From a virus: a DNA stretch of 64,000 nucleotides. Where the stretch lies: IMG/VR virus record IMGVR_UViG_3300005689_000056, positions 1 to 64,000 of that record. One strand, given 5' to 3'. Position numbers and translations under genes: made by a program. Below the pieces are notes generated by a model. That model made no database searches. It worked only from the letters and a program-made list of their open reading frames with translations, and was not told the origin of the DNA. Shown in pieces: positions 41,052 to 49,513 of this stretch; position 1 is the stretch's first letter, and the number at the start of each line of letters is the position of its first letter.

Positions 41052-41075
41052 CAAAGAAATTGATACAGGTATAAT
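41048..41075 (+). promoter_or_regulatory. Consensus sigma70 promoter
   Basis: TTGACA-N16-TATAAT. Confidence 0.75.
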
Positions 41076-41096
41076 GTAACTTTCGTAGGAGGCCAT

Positions 41097-41519
41097 ATGG
41101 CTATACGCGTTAGAAGGGTTCGCCGGGGTGGGGCCGACGTAAACCCACACAAAGATACGATGGACCGGCTTTTGCAATCGATTGCAGAAAAGCAGGAGGA
41201 GGCTGCGCGTCTGACTTCTCTTGCTGCGGCGGAGCTAGTCCAGCTTAACGGCTTGATGGGCGACTTGAAGCTGGGTACCTACCAGTTCGAGAATATCTAC
41301 GCCACCCGCGCTCAATCTACAGGTCGGGCCACGAACTTTATTGACCCTGCGGCATTCCGTAAGGAGTGTGCGAGTGATAAGGAATTCTACGGCGCGGTGA
41401 CCGTATCCATTACCGAGGCTAAGGCCATCCTGCCGGGTAAGGTCTTGGAGAAGATCATTGAGACGAAGCCGGCCAAGCCCGGTCCTTACACTACCAAGGT
41501 TAGTCGCAAGGTGAAGTGA
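41097..41519 (+). CDS. Hypothetical protein with N-terminal RVRRVRR
   Basis: AGGAGG RBS directly downstream of the promoter. Confidence 0.75.
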   Translation: MAIRVRRVRRGGADVNPHKDTMDRLLQSIAEKQEEAARLTSLAAAELVQLNGLMGDLKLGTYQFENIYATRAQSTGRATNFIDPAAFRKECASDKEFYGAVTVSITEAKAILPGKVLEKIIETKPAKPGPYTTKVSRKVK

Positions 41520-42511
41520 TGGACCGGGAAAGTATTCACGCATTCATGAGTGAGGTCGCGGGGCCTAATATCGAACTGATCGACCATCCCAGTTGGGTGT
41601 CCTTCAGGTGTGTGTTGGCTCCGTGGACGCATGAGCGTGGTACAGATCGCACGCCTTCTGCAGGTATCTCGATAAACGAGGGCGGCACCAGTATTTACCA
41701 TTGCTGGGCGTGCGGGGGTAAGAACAAAGGCCCGCTCGATTGGCTTCTGCGACGGCTGGAGGGCTTTACTGGGGACTCGTATCGTGAGTTGCGTCAATCT
41801 ATCGACGGTACCGAGTTTATTGGCGGTGCGTTGCCTGAGTGGGGGTCGAAGGCTAGAGCCCGGTCACGTCTTCAGTTCCTAGACGAAGACATCTATATGG
41901 ATCTGTTCGATAGTGCCGTAGGGCATCCTTACTTGAAGAGTAGGGGCCTCAATAGGTGGGCTACGAAAACACTGCAACTAATGGTAGACCCTGCGGACTC
42001 TCGCGGAGAGGAGCGCATAGTATTTCCAGTGTTTACGCCCGGGGGGAGGTTGGTAGGTTTCTCGGGCAGGGCTACAGGTGAAGATGTAGACCCAAAGGTT
42101 CGTGATTACTTTGGTTTGGTTAAGGAAGAGGTATTGTTAGGTTCGCATCTACTAGAACCGGATGATGAGTACGTGATGGTTGTCGAAGGCCTTTTCGACT
42201 ACGCGAAGTCCGTTATGTATGGCTTCCCGGCAGTCGCCGCTATGCATGCGGGGCTTACGGCAGCACAGGCTAAAATCTTGCGCAATCTAGGTAAGCCGGT
42301 AGTACTGATGTACGACGATGACAACGCCGGTAGGGATGCTACGGATAAGGCGATAGAGGCGTTGCTGCCATATCTTCCAGTAAGTTACGTCCGGTACCCC
42401 AAACGTAGGAAGGTAGGGGGAGGTAAATGTGTGAAGACAAAAAGCGATCCCGGGTCGCTAAGCGAAGCCGAGATGGTATCCATGGTGGCGGCAAGAAAAA
42501 TCGTAGTTTGA
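41519..42511 (+). CDS. DNA primase (Zn-binding + TOPRIM)
   Basis: C...H...D..PS...HCWACG zinc motif; GFSGR; VVEGLFD; YDDDNAG. Confidence 0.9.
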   Translation: MDRESIHAFMSEVAGPNIELIDHPSWVSFRCVLAPWTHERGTDRTPSAGISINEGGTSIYHCWACGGKNKGPLDWLLRRLEGFTGDSYRELRQSIDGTEFIGGALPEWGSKARARSRLQFLDEDIYMDLFDSAVGHPYLKSRGLNRWATKTLQLMVDPADSRGEERIVFPVFTPGGRLVGFSGRATGEDVDPKVRDYFGLVKEEVLLGSHLLEPDDEYVMVVEGLFDYAKSVMYGFPAVAAMHAGLTAAQAKILRNLGKPVVLMYDDDNAGRDATDKAIEALLPYLPVSYVRYPKRRKVGGGKCVKTKSDPGSLSEAEMVSMVAARKIVV

Positions 42512-42867
42512 CAGTTGTACCGTGCCTACCTAGTATTACGTCTGACGCCGACGAGGGTATAGATATAGCAGCTAGACTGCTTAGCCCTTTGCGTCAAGGT
42601 AAGGGAGTAACCCTGAGCGTTACGGATAAGAGATTGAGCAAGAAACGGCGGATTAAATCCGCCACACTGTTTCTTACACCGGGTTCCGCCTATGGCGGCA
42701 GTGATAGCGTGATCTTGGCTTCGATGCCGGGGTACGGCAGTGAATTGTTCGATATCTATACCGTCAAGCCTATGGTCTTTTACCGTGTTGGTTTGAGTAT
42801 GCGTCTTTCGCGGGCGCTGGTAGCAGCAATCACTGATGTTTTTCAAGGAGTAAATCATGGTTCGTAA
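42427..42867 (+). CDS. Hypothetical protein (start uncertain)
   Basis: Only + strand ORF filling the primase-SSB gap. Confidence 0.35.
   Translation: MCEDKKRSRVAKRSRDGIHGGGKKNRSLTVVPCLPSITSDADEGIDIAARLLSPLRQGKGVTLSVTDKRLSKKRRIKSATLFLTPGSAYGGSDSVILASMPGYGSELFDIYTVKPMVFYRVGLSMRLSRALVAAITDVFQGVNHGS
42508..42536 (+). promoter_or_regulatory. Possible sigma70 promoter
   Basis: TTGACA-N17-TAGTAT. Confidence 0.45.
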
Positions 42868-44122
42868 GGCAGCAAGAACCTCTGCACATCGCGGTGCGGA
42901 AGGGCGTGCAAAAGCCGAGGCAGAGCGTGAACGCGCCGCAGCCCGCGCCGAGGCTCGCAAAAACCAAGGTAACATCCCGTTCCGGTTCCGCGTACCGGTG
43001 GGTGAGACGACACAGGCAATCATCTGCGATGAGGAGCCGTACTTTTTCCGGTTTGAGCACAACCTGAAGAATCCGAAGACTGGCAAGTGGGATACATTCA
43101 CCGGTTGCGTCGCGGAGTACGACAACTGCCCAGTGTGCGCCGCCACGGACAAGGAAGCGTATTACGCGATGTACCTTACCGTGATTGACCTTACGCCGTT
43201 TGAGACCAAGAACGGTGACGAAGTCGAGTTCAGTCGCAAGTTGCTGGTCGTCAAGCCGGCGCAACAGAAAAAGTTTCTTCGCATGTATGCCAAGGCCGAG
43301 GCCAAGGGCAATACTCTGCGGGGGGCGCTGATCGAGTTTACCCGTGACTCTGACAAGGATGCGTCCATCGGTAACGAGATCGAACTACTCGAATACGTGG
43401 ATGAGGAGGAGCTTGAGACCTACACTCGCTCGTGGAAGGACAAGGACGGTAAGCGTCACGAGGAGATCTGTCACGAAGTACTGGACTATGACGAGCTTTT
43501 CCCTGAACCCGACGTTGATCAACTTCGTGCGCTGGTAGGCGGCGAGCCGGTTCCCGGTAGCCGCGAGCATGAACGCTCAGCGCTTGGTCGTGGTAGCAGC
43601 CGTCGCACCTCGCGCCGCGATGAGGAAGCGGACGATGAGGAGGAAGAAGACGAAGGCAAGCACGCTCGCGGTCGTATGCGGACAGGCGGTAAGGCTCCAG
43701 CCAAGGCAGCTACCAAGACCCGCCCCGCCGCGCGCCGCGCTCGTGAGGAGGAAGAGGAAGGGGACGATGAGGACGATGAGGAGGACGATGAGGCTGCACC
43801 CCCACGCCGTGGTCGTTCGTCTACCAAGACCCGCCCCGCCGCGCGCCGCGCTCGTGAGGAGGAAGAGGAGACCAAACCGTCCCGTCGTGGTCGCCCGGCG
43901 GCAAAGAAGGCTGACGATCCGCCATTCGACACCGACGACGATGAGGAGGAAGAGGAAGACGACGAGGAGGAGGATACCAAGGCCTCCGCCAAGACCCGTC
44001 CCGCACCGCGTCGTGGTCGTTCGGTAGCGAAGAAAGACGACGAAGAGGAAGAAGAAGAGGAAGAAGAAGAGAAGGTTAATCGGCGCAACCCCCGTCGTGT
44101 ATCCATGCGTCGCGGTCGGTAA
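42857..44122 (+). CDS. Putative ssDNA-binding protein (gp32-like core) with long charged disordered tail
   Basis: H...C......CPVC zinc motif and OB-fold-like core in the replication module; ~180-aa tail of alternating D/E and R/K blocks. Confidence 0.65.
   Translation: MVRKAARTSAHRGAEGRAKAEAERERAAARAEARKNQGNIPFRFRVPVGETTQAIICDEEPYFFRFEHNLKNPKTGKWDTFTGCVAEYDNCPVCAATDKEAYYAMYLTVIDLTPFETKNGDEVEFSRKLLVVKPAQQKKFLRMYAKAEAKGNTLRGALIEFTRDSDKDASIGNEIELLEYVDEEELETYTRSWKDKDGKRHEEICHEVLDYDELFPEPDVDQLRALVGGEPVPGSREHERSALGRGSSRRTSRRDEEADDEEEEDEGKHARGRMRTGGKAPAKAATKTRPAARRAREEEEEGDDEDDEEDDEAAPPRRGRSSTKTRPAARRAREEEEETKPSRRGRPAAKKADDPPFDTDDDEEEEEDDEEEDTKASAKTRPAPRRGRSVAKKDDEEEEEEEEEEKVNRRNPRRVSMRRGR
43710..43869 (+). 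repeat. 49-bp exact direct repeat in the SSB tail
   Basis: 43710-43758 equals 43821-43869 (TKTRPAARRAREEEEE). Confidence 0.9.
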
Positions 44123-44166
44123 TACACTTTGAAGGGTGCGGGGGTGTAAGCCTCCGCACATACCAC

Positions 44167-45747
44167 ATGAAAGCCTACGTATCCGGTGCGGTGTATCTCC
44201 CACGTAAGTTTTTCGAAAGCCGGGACTTGGAGTCAGACCTGACTATCAAGTACTACAAAATGGGTGAGCCAGACCCTCTGTATGTAGAGGCGTTCCAGCA
44301 CGAAGGTAAGTACGTCGCTGTCCCGCGCGATTACGGTTTGCAATTGATTGCAGATCACGGTCTAGGCTTTGAAGATCGTATGTCTGACGGGCAGGATATG
44401 GACTACCCTAAAGTAGTCAAACACACAGGTGCGTACGCCTACCAGAAAGACTTCGTAAATCTGATTCTCGAGACTTGCAATGAAAGTAACGACTTTCTGA
44501 TATCCGCCGCTACCGGTAAAGGTAAGACGGTGATGTCGTTGTCTGTATTCCAGAAGTTGGGGGTAAACGCTATTGTCGTGGTTGATCAACAAAACCTGCT
44601 TGACCAGTGGGTTGATCGAGCCAAGACCGTACTAGGCCTTACCGACGACCAGATAGGTATAGTGCAGGGGGGCAGAGCGGACTACGAAGGCAAGCATGTA
44701 ACCATCGCTATGATGCAAACGCTTGTGTCCAGAAAGTACAGCGAGTCTTTCTACGACTACTTCGGCGTGGTTGTTTTTGACGAGGCCCATACGGCGGGTG
44801 CTCCGACATTCTCGCGGGCGTTGATGATGTTCTCGGCCCGTACTAGGTTCGGCGTGTCCGCTACTATCGAACGTCGCGATGCCTTACAGACTCTGCTTAC
44901 TCACAACCTTGGGGCGGTTCGGGCAGAGCTAAAAGACAAGCACGACACCTCGTATGTGTACTACGTTGAGAACTCAAGCATTTACTCGTGGTATGCAAAT
45001 GTCTCACCTAAGACGGGCAGAATGCTGTCCGAGGTCGCGGAGGATACCGACAGAAATCTGGTACTAGCCACAGCGGCTAAATGGCTGTATGACTCAGGAA
45101 GAACTGTTCTTGTTCTTAGTGACCGCATCGAGCAGCTTGAAGCCCTACAGGTACTACTATCCTGTATGGGTGTCCCGGAGGACGAGTCGGCGGTATATAC
45201 CGGCTACCACACGGTATGGGCGTACCGTAAAAATCCGAGACCGCTACGTAAGCCTATGGATTACGTGCGTGGTACGGAATTCACACCGGTCATTCTCACC
45301 CCGGTTAAAAAGAAGCTGTCAAAGAAAACTAAGGCGGAGATGTTAGGTAGTACGCCTGCCAAGATAAAAATATTGCTCGCTACTTTCGGTATGTTCGCTA
45401 AGGGCGTGGATGTGCCGGAACTGTCCGGCGGGGTGGATGCCACCCCTAGGGCTAGGGCTGAGCAGGCTCACGGTAGAATTCTTCGTGTACGAGACGGTAA
45501 GCTGGTTCCTATATGGGTGACCCTGCGGGATGTTAATTCTTACCGTAACGATCATCAGTTTGCACAGCGCGTGAAGGACTACGCGGCGAGTTCTGCGGAG
45601 ATATACAGATGGAGAATAGGAAAGGGACTGCGTCGAATCGACGTAGACGATCTGGTACGCGAAGCCAGACAGAACGTAGCACGCCTGAAAAAGCTACGGA
45701 TCGAAACGAGCTTAGACGGCAACAATACGCTAGTGACCCCGCCCTAG
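44167..45747 (+). CDS. Superfamily 2 DNA helicase (UvsW/D10-like)
   Basis: AATGKGKT, FDEAH, SAT, KGVDVP, QAHGRILR. Confidence 0.9.
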   Translation: MKAYVSGAVYLPRKFFESRDLESDLTIKYYKMGEPDPLYVEAFQHEGKYVAVPRDYGLQLIADHGLGFEDRMSDGQDMDYPKVVKHTGAYAYQKDFVNLILETCNESNDFLISAATGKGKTVMSLSVFQKLGVNAIVVVDQQNLLDQWVDRAKTVLGLTDDQIGIVQGGRADYEGKHVTIAMMQTLVSRKYSESFYDYFGVVVFDEAHTAGAPTFSRALMMFSARTRFGVSATIERRDALQTLLTHNLGAVRAELKDKHDTSYVYYVENSSIYSWYANVSPKTGRMLSEVAEDTDRNLVLATAAKWLYDSGRTVLVLSDRIEQLEALQVLLSCMGVPEDESAVYTGYHTVWAYRKNPRPLRKPMDYVRGTEFTPVILTPVKKKLSKKTKAEMLGSTPAKIKILLATFGMFAKGVDVPELSGGVDATPRARAEQAHGRILRVRDGKLVPIWVTLRDVNSYRNDHQFAQRVKDYAASSAEIYRWRIGKGLRRIDVDDLVREARQNVARLKKLRIETSLDGNNTLVTPP

Positions 45748-46154
45748 CAGAACGTATCAAACGTAGGCAGCGAGAGGCTTACCGGGATCAGCACCCAAAG
45801 CAGGATAGCGCTCTGCGTAATGGTCTCTTGTGTCGTGGGGTCAATCGAGAGGTCACGTATGGTGAGGAGGGCAGGCCACGCTACCTTGAGGTCTATACGG
45901 TACCGGAGGCGGCAGAGGCTATGGGTAGGTCGATGCTCGGGTTTAAGCGCTGGATAACCAACGGCCTTATCCCGCCACCCATCCTGCAGGACACGGTTTT
46001 TCAGTACAAGCAGTATAGCTATGGGGAGCTTGAGGCTATCCGTAGTGAGATTGTCAGGCACGAGCGGGAGTTTTCGTATTTTACTGCCAAGCATCAGGTG
46101 ACAATTCACCGGGTGTGGCAGGCGGTGCAGGCTTACAGATCGCGACATATGTGA
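45609..46154 (+). CDS. HTH DNA-binding protein (MerR/Xis-like)
   Basis: YTVPEAAEAMGRS...KRW...GLIPPP; start uncertain, overlaps the helicase end. Confidence 0.6.
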   Translation: MENRKGTASNRRRRSGTRSQTERSTPEKATDRNELRRQQYASDPALAERIKRRQREAYRDQHPKQDSALRNGLLCRGVNREVTYGEEGRPRYLEVYTVPEAAEAMGRSMLGFKRWITNGLIPPPILQDTVFQYKQYSYGELEAIRSEIVRHEREFSYFTAKHQVTIHRVWQAVQAYRSRHM

Positions 46155-46162
46155 GGTGAGTT

Positions 46163-46498
46163 ATGGATTCAGGGAGAGTAAGACGGGTGCGACCCAGCGG
46201 TGAGGGGGCTTCCGAGGAAACCGTAGAGGTGGTATCTACCTCGGTTACAGGGCAGGCATCGCCCACCGTAAAGCAACGTACGCTGAGTGTGCGCAAGTTT
46301 GTCACTCAGCCGGCGTACGTAGGGGTCTCTGCCGGGGTAACCAAAGAGACAGGGTCGTACGAGTTTCTGCGGGTAGACATCACCGTCAATATGCCGTGCT
46401 ACGTAGAGGAAGTGGATCGCGTATCTCACGAGGTTGCAGAGTATGTTGCGCAGCGTCTTGACGAAGAGATAACCGAGTATCTTGGCGGGGAGGAATAA
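46163..46498 (+). CDS. Hypothetical protein with N-terminal RVRRVR
   Basis: GAGGTG RBS. Confidence 0.7.
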   Translation: MDSGRVRRVRPSGEGASEETVEVVSTSVTGQASPTVKQRTLSVRKFVTQPAYVGVSAGVTKETGSYEFLRVDITVNMPCYVEEVDRVSHEVAEYVAQRLDEEITEYLGGEE

Positions 46499-46499
46499 C

Positions 46500-47621
46500 A
46501 TGGCTAGACCTAAGAAGACTGCAGTACCGGAAGACAGCGACGCTAACGAGCTTGAGCAGACGCTGAAAGAGGTACGTAAACGCTTCGGCGACACCAGCGT
46601 ATCGTCTGGCTCGACCATCGTACAGCCGGAGCGAGTGTCTACGGGTAGTTTTGTTTTGGACTTCCAGACACTGGGCGGTATCCCGAGAGGGCGAGCCACC
46701 ATGATTGTCGGAGAGCGCCACTCAGGCAAGACCACTATTGCTTGCAAGGTGACAGCATCCGCCCAGCGGCAGTACCCGGACGAGGCCGTAGCATTGGTAG
46801 ATGCAGAGGGTACATTTGACGCTGTTTGGGCGGCTAAACTCGGCGTAGATCTTGATCGCCTTGTCTTGTTCCAGCCGGAGACTGGAGAGGCAGCGGTAGA
46901 TGTTATCGATGCATTTATCGGAACGCGAGAAGTCTCTATGGTGATTGTTGATTCTGTCGCCGCGCTCACCCCGATGGCGGAGATCGAAAGCAGTGCCGAG
47001 GATGCACATGTTGGTCTTCAGGCCCGGCTAGTTGGCGGTATGATCCGTAAGGCTACGGCGGGCATGATTCGCGAGCGTAGGCGCGGCCATAATATCGGGC
47101 TACTTTTCCTGAACCAGTACCGTTCGAAGATTGGCGGGTTTGCAAAGTTCGGCGAACCCAAGACCATCCCCGGCGGCAGGGCGCTGGAGTTCGCCACGTC
47201 ATTACAGATCGTGATGAAGAACAAAGAGAACACCGGCAAGGACGAGATCGGTAATGACGCTGTGACTGTAAATGATCATAGCTTCCAGATCACCAAGAAC
47301 AAGATGAATAGCGGTGGCCGTACCGGTGAGTTCCGGCTGTTGAGGCAAGATGACGACGATCTCGGCCTGAAGGAAGGGGACATCGACGACGCGGGTACCA
47401 TGCTGGCTTACGCGAAAAAGTTTGGCGCGTACACTGGAGGCGGTAGCTCTTGGGCTCTTGAGTTTTGGTCTCATGAGCTAAAGTTCAAGGGGCTGGAGCA
47501 CGCAAAGCGCGCACTCTACGCAGATCGTTCCTTGTACTGGGATCTACGTAACTTCCTCATTGCAAGTCAGGCCGAGGCTCTTGGTATGCCTGAGTACTTC
47601 GTAGAGAGGTTCCTCGTATGA
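46500..47621 (+). CDS. recA: RecA/UvsX-like recombinase
   Basis: STGS..LD....GGIPRG, GERHSGKTT, VDAEG, VDSVAAL.P..E, GLQAR, PGGRALEF. Confidence 0.93.
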   Translation: MARPKKTAVPEDSDANELEQTLKEVRKRFGDTSVSSGSTIVQPERVSTGSFVLDFQTLGGIPRGRATMIVGERHSGKTTIACKVTASAQRQYPDEAVALVDAEGTFDAVWAAKLGVDLDRLVLFQPETGEAAVDVIDAFIGTREVSMVIVDSVAALTPMAEIESSAEDAHVGLQARLVGGMIRKATAGMIRERRRGHNIGLLFLNQYRSKIGGFAKFGEPKTIPGGRALEFATSLQIVMKNKENTGKDEIGNDAVTVNDHSFQITKNKMNSGGRTGEFRLLRQDDDDLGLKEGDIDDAGTMLAYAKKFGAYTGGGSSWALEFWSHELKFKGLEHAKRALYADRSLYWDLRNFLIASQAEALGMPEYFVERFLV

Positions 47622-47983
47622 GTCGCGAGTCTTTTCTGAATCGCGATACCAAGCACGGTAACGCCTCTTACCGCAGATCTCGTAAACAGGAGAAAGAACT
47701 GTCTATCAGGCTGCGGGGGAGGCAAACTGTAGCGTCGGGTAGTAAAGCAGAGAAGGGGGATGTGAGGGTCAAGCGTATTCTACGGCTTGAGGCGAAGACG
47801 ACTAAACATCGCAGCTTTTCTGTAACCCTTGACATGATTAATCAGATAGAGGAGGCTGCGCTTTCGAGCGAGGAGCTTCCCTGCATCTTGATAGAGTTCA
47901 ACGATGGCAACGGCAAGCGAATCAAAGAAGTGGCCGTAGTACCAAGTTACGTACTTGACGACCTTGTCTCTAAACATAGTTGA
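47618..47983 (+). CDS. PD-(D/E)xK nuclease, Hjc-type Holliday junction resolvase
   Basis: QEK...SGS..KGDV...LEAK. Confidence 0.7.
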   Translation: MSRESFLNRDTKHGNASYRRSRKQEKELSIRLRGRQTVASGSKAEKGDVRVKRILRLEAKTTKHRSFSVTLDMINQIEEAALSSEELPCILIEFNDGNGKRIKEVAVVPSYVLDDLVSKHS

Positions 47984-47997
47984 AATCGATTGCAAAC

Positions 47998-48876
47998 ATG
48001 ACTACCAAATCCAGAGTAGTGCGCCGTAAAAAGGCTGACCCGGAAGGCGATTCACCCGTAGTGGTTTATGGGCAAGATGATACCCCGGTAATTGACTTGC
48101 TTCTTAGTGCTAAGCGCAAGCGTGACAAGTTTCGGAGAGGCGAGTACCTGCACGTATCCGACGTGGTAGGTAAGTGCGTACGTAAGATAGCGCTGTCGGA
48201 GGCACACGGGATGCCTATGCCTACTGAGCCTATCACGCACTCGATGGCAATGACCTTTGCACAGGGTAGTGCCTTGCACGACTACGTGAAGAGCGCACTT
48301 GTGCGACACCCCGACATGCCACTATGGGGGTCTTGGACTTGCAAGTGTGGAGCCAGTTTGGAGGAGCGTCGTTCTCATGCTGAGGTGGCTGATCTGCATT
48401 GCGAGGATTGTGGGGGGCCTCTCGATCAGTATGTAGAGATTGACATCAAGGATACGGAGTTACTGGTTAGCGGTTCGCCTGACGTTATCCTGAAAGAACC
48501 GACCAAGAACTGCTACCACATTCTTGAAATCAAATCGATGTCTCATGAGGAGTGGAAGGGTCTCGTACGCGCCAAGCCTGACCATATTGTGCAGGTCGTC
48601 ATGTACTGGTATCTCATGCGTCGGGCGGGGTTCCGTACCACCTCTACGGTCTCTGTACTATATGTCACCAAGGGTTTTGTGTTTAAAGGCCAGCCCTTCA
48701 AAGAGTTCGTTATTGATTGTGATACCGCGCTACGCCATATTGATGACTACATCGAGGACGCAAAGGCCTTCGCTCGTTTTCGCGAGACAGGCGAGCTACC
48801 GGTACGTACCAAGTGCGCAACGATAAATTGCCCAGAAGCTAAGAAGTGTCACGTAGCTATGGAGTGTTTCTCGTGA
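47998..48876 (+). CDS. Cas4/RecB-like exonuclease
   Basis: CVRK...G..LH...SGSPD...LEIKS...Q...Y and three C-terminal Cys. Confidence 0.75.
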   Translation: MTTKSRVVRRKKADPEGDSPVVVYGQDDTPVIDLLLSAKRKRDKFRRGEYLHVSDVVGKCVRKIALSEAHGMPMPTEPITHSMAMTFAQGSALHDYVKSALVRHPDMPLWGSWTCKCGASLEERRSHAEVADLHCEDCGGPLDQYVEIDIKDTELLVSGSPDVILKEPTKNCYHILEIKSMSHEEWKGLVRAKPDHIVQVVMYWYLMRRAGFRTTSTVSVLYVTKGFVFKGQPFKEFVIDCDTALRHIDDYIEDAKAFARFRETGELPVRTKCATINCPEAKKCHVAMECFS

Positions 48877-49400
48877 TAGTCATGGGTATGGACCCCAGCC
48901 TTACCAGCTTTGGGGTTGCCTATCGCGATGTCGGGGGGAGGCTGTGCGCTAACAGGATCAGCACGCCCGGCAACAAGCGCGGGTCGGAGCGTCTTGATTA
49001 CCTAGAAACTACCGTAGCCTACTATCTGGATAAGTACAAACCTGAAGTAGTAGCCTACGAGGATTACGCGTATGGTAAAGGCCCGCGCAACAGCAATAAC
49101 CTTTTCGGTATTGGGGAGCTAGGCGGGGTAATTAAGTTATTGCTTTACCGTCGTGGGGTTGCTATATTGACGGTTCCACCGACGAGCCTAAAACTTTTCG
49201 CTACTGGCTCAGGGCGTGCCGAGAAGTCGGACGTAGCCGCATTCATCCAAGAGACAGAGGGGGTAACTTTTGCAACGTCCGACCAGAGCGATGCGGCAGC
49301 GCTTCTGAAGTTGGGCGAGATGGCGACGCATACTACAATGAGGCCTCGCTTACGGACCCACCCGCAGCGCAGGGCGATAGCAGGTTGTCAATGGTTGTAG
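48873..49400 (+). CDS. ruvC: RuvC-like Holliday junction resolvase
   Basis: MGMDPSLTSFG, AYE, P...K..ATGSGRAEK, DQSDA. Confidence 0.85.
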   Translation: MIVMGMDPSLTSFGVAYRDVGGRLCANRISTPGNKRGSERLDYLETTVAYYLDKYKPEVVAYEDYAYGKGPRNSNNLFGIGELGGVIKLLLYRRGVAILTVPPTSLKLFATGSGRAEKSDVAAFIQETEGVTFATSDQSDAAALLKLGEMATHTTMRPRLRTHPQRRAIAGCQWL

Positions 49401-49513
49401 TTTGCAATCGATATCAAATTTTCTGGCGTTTGCAGTTTTTGAAGAACGTAGTACTATTCATCCACGCAGTAACCACGCATCGGTAACAATCCATCAACTG
49501 ATAGGTACCCAAA

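Noticed and set aside
44136-44159. Hairpin GTGCGGGGGT-GTAA-GCCTCCGCAC as a terminator
   Set aside because: No U-tract; may only stabilise the SSB mRNA or attenuate the helicase gene
43519-44203. Poly-Ser and Phe/Leu-rich minus-strand ORFs
   Set aside because: Reverse complement of the GAG/GAA/GAC runs in the SSB tail
47998-48876. Cas4-like gene or the palindromes as a CRISPR system
   Set aside because: No repeat-spacer array or other cas genes; the palindromes are kb apart; stand-alone Cas4-like nucleases are common in phages
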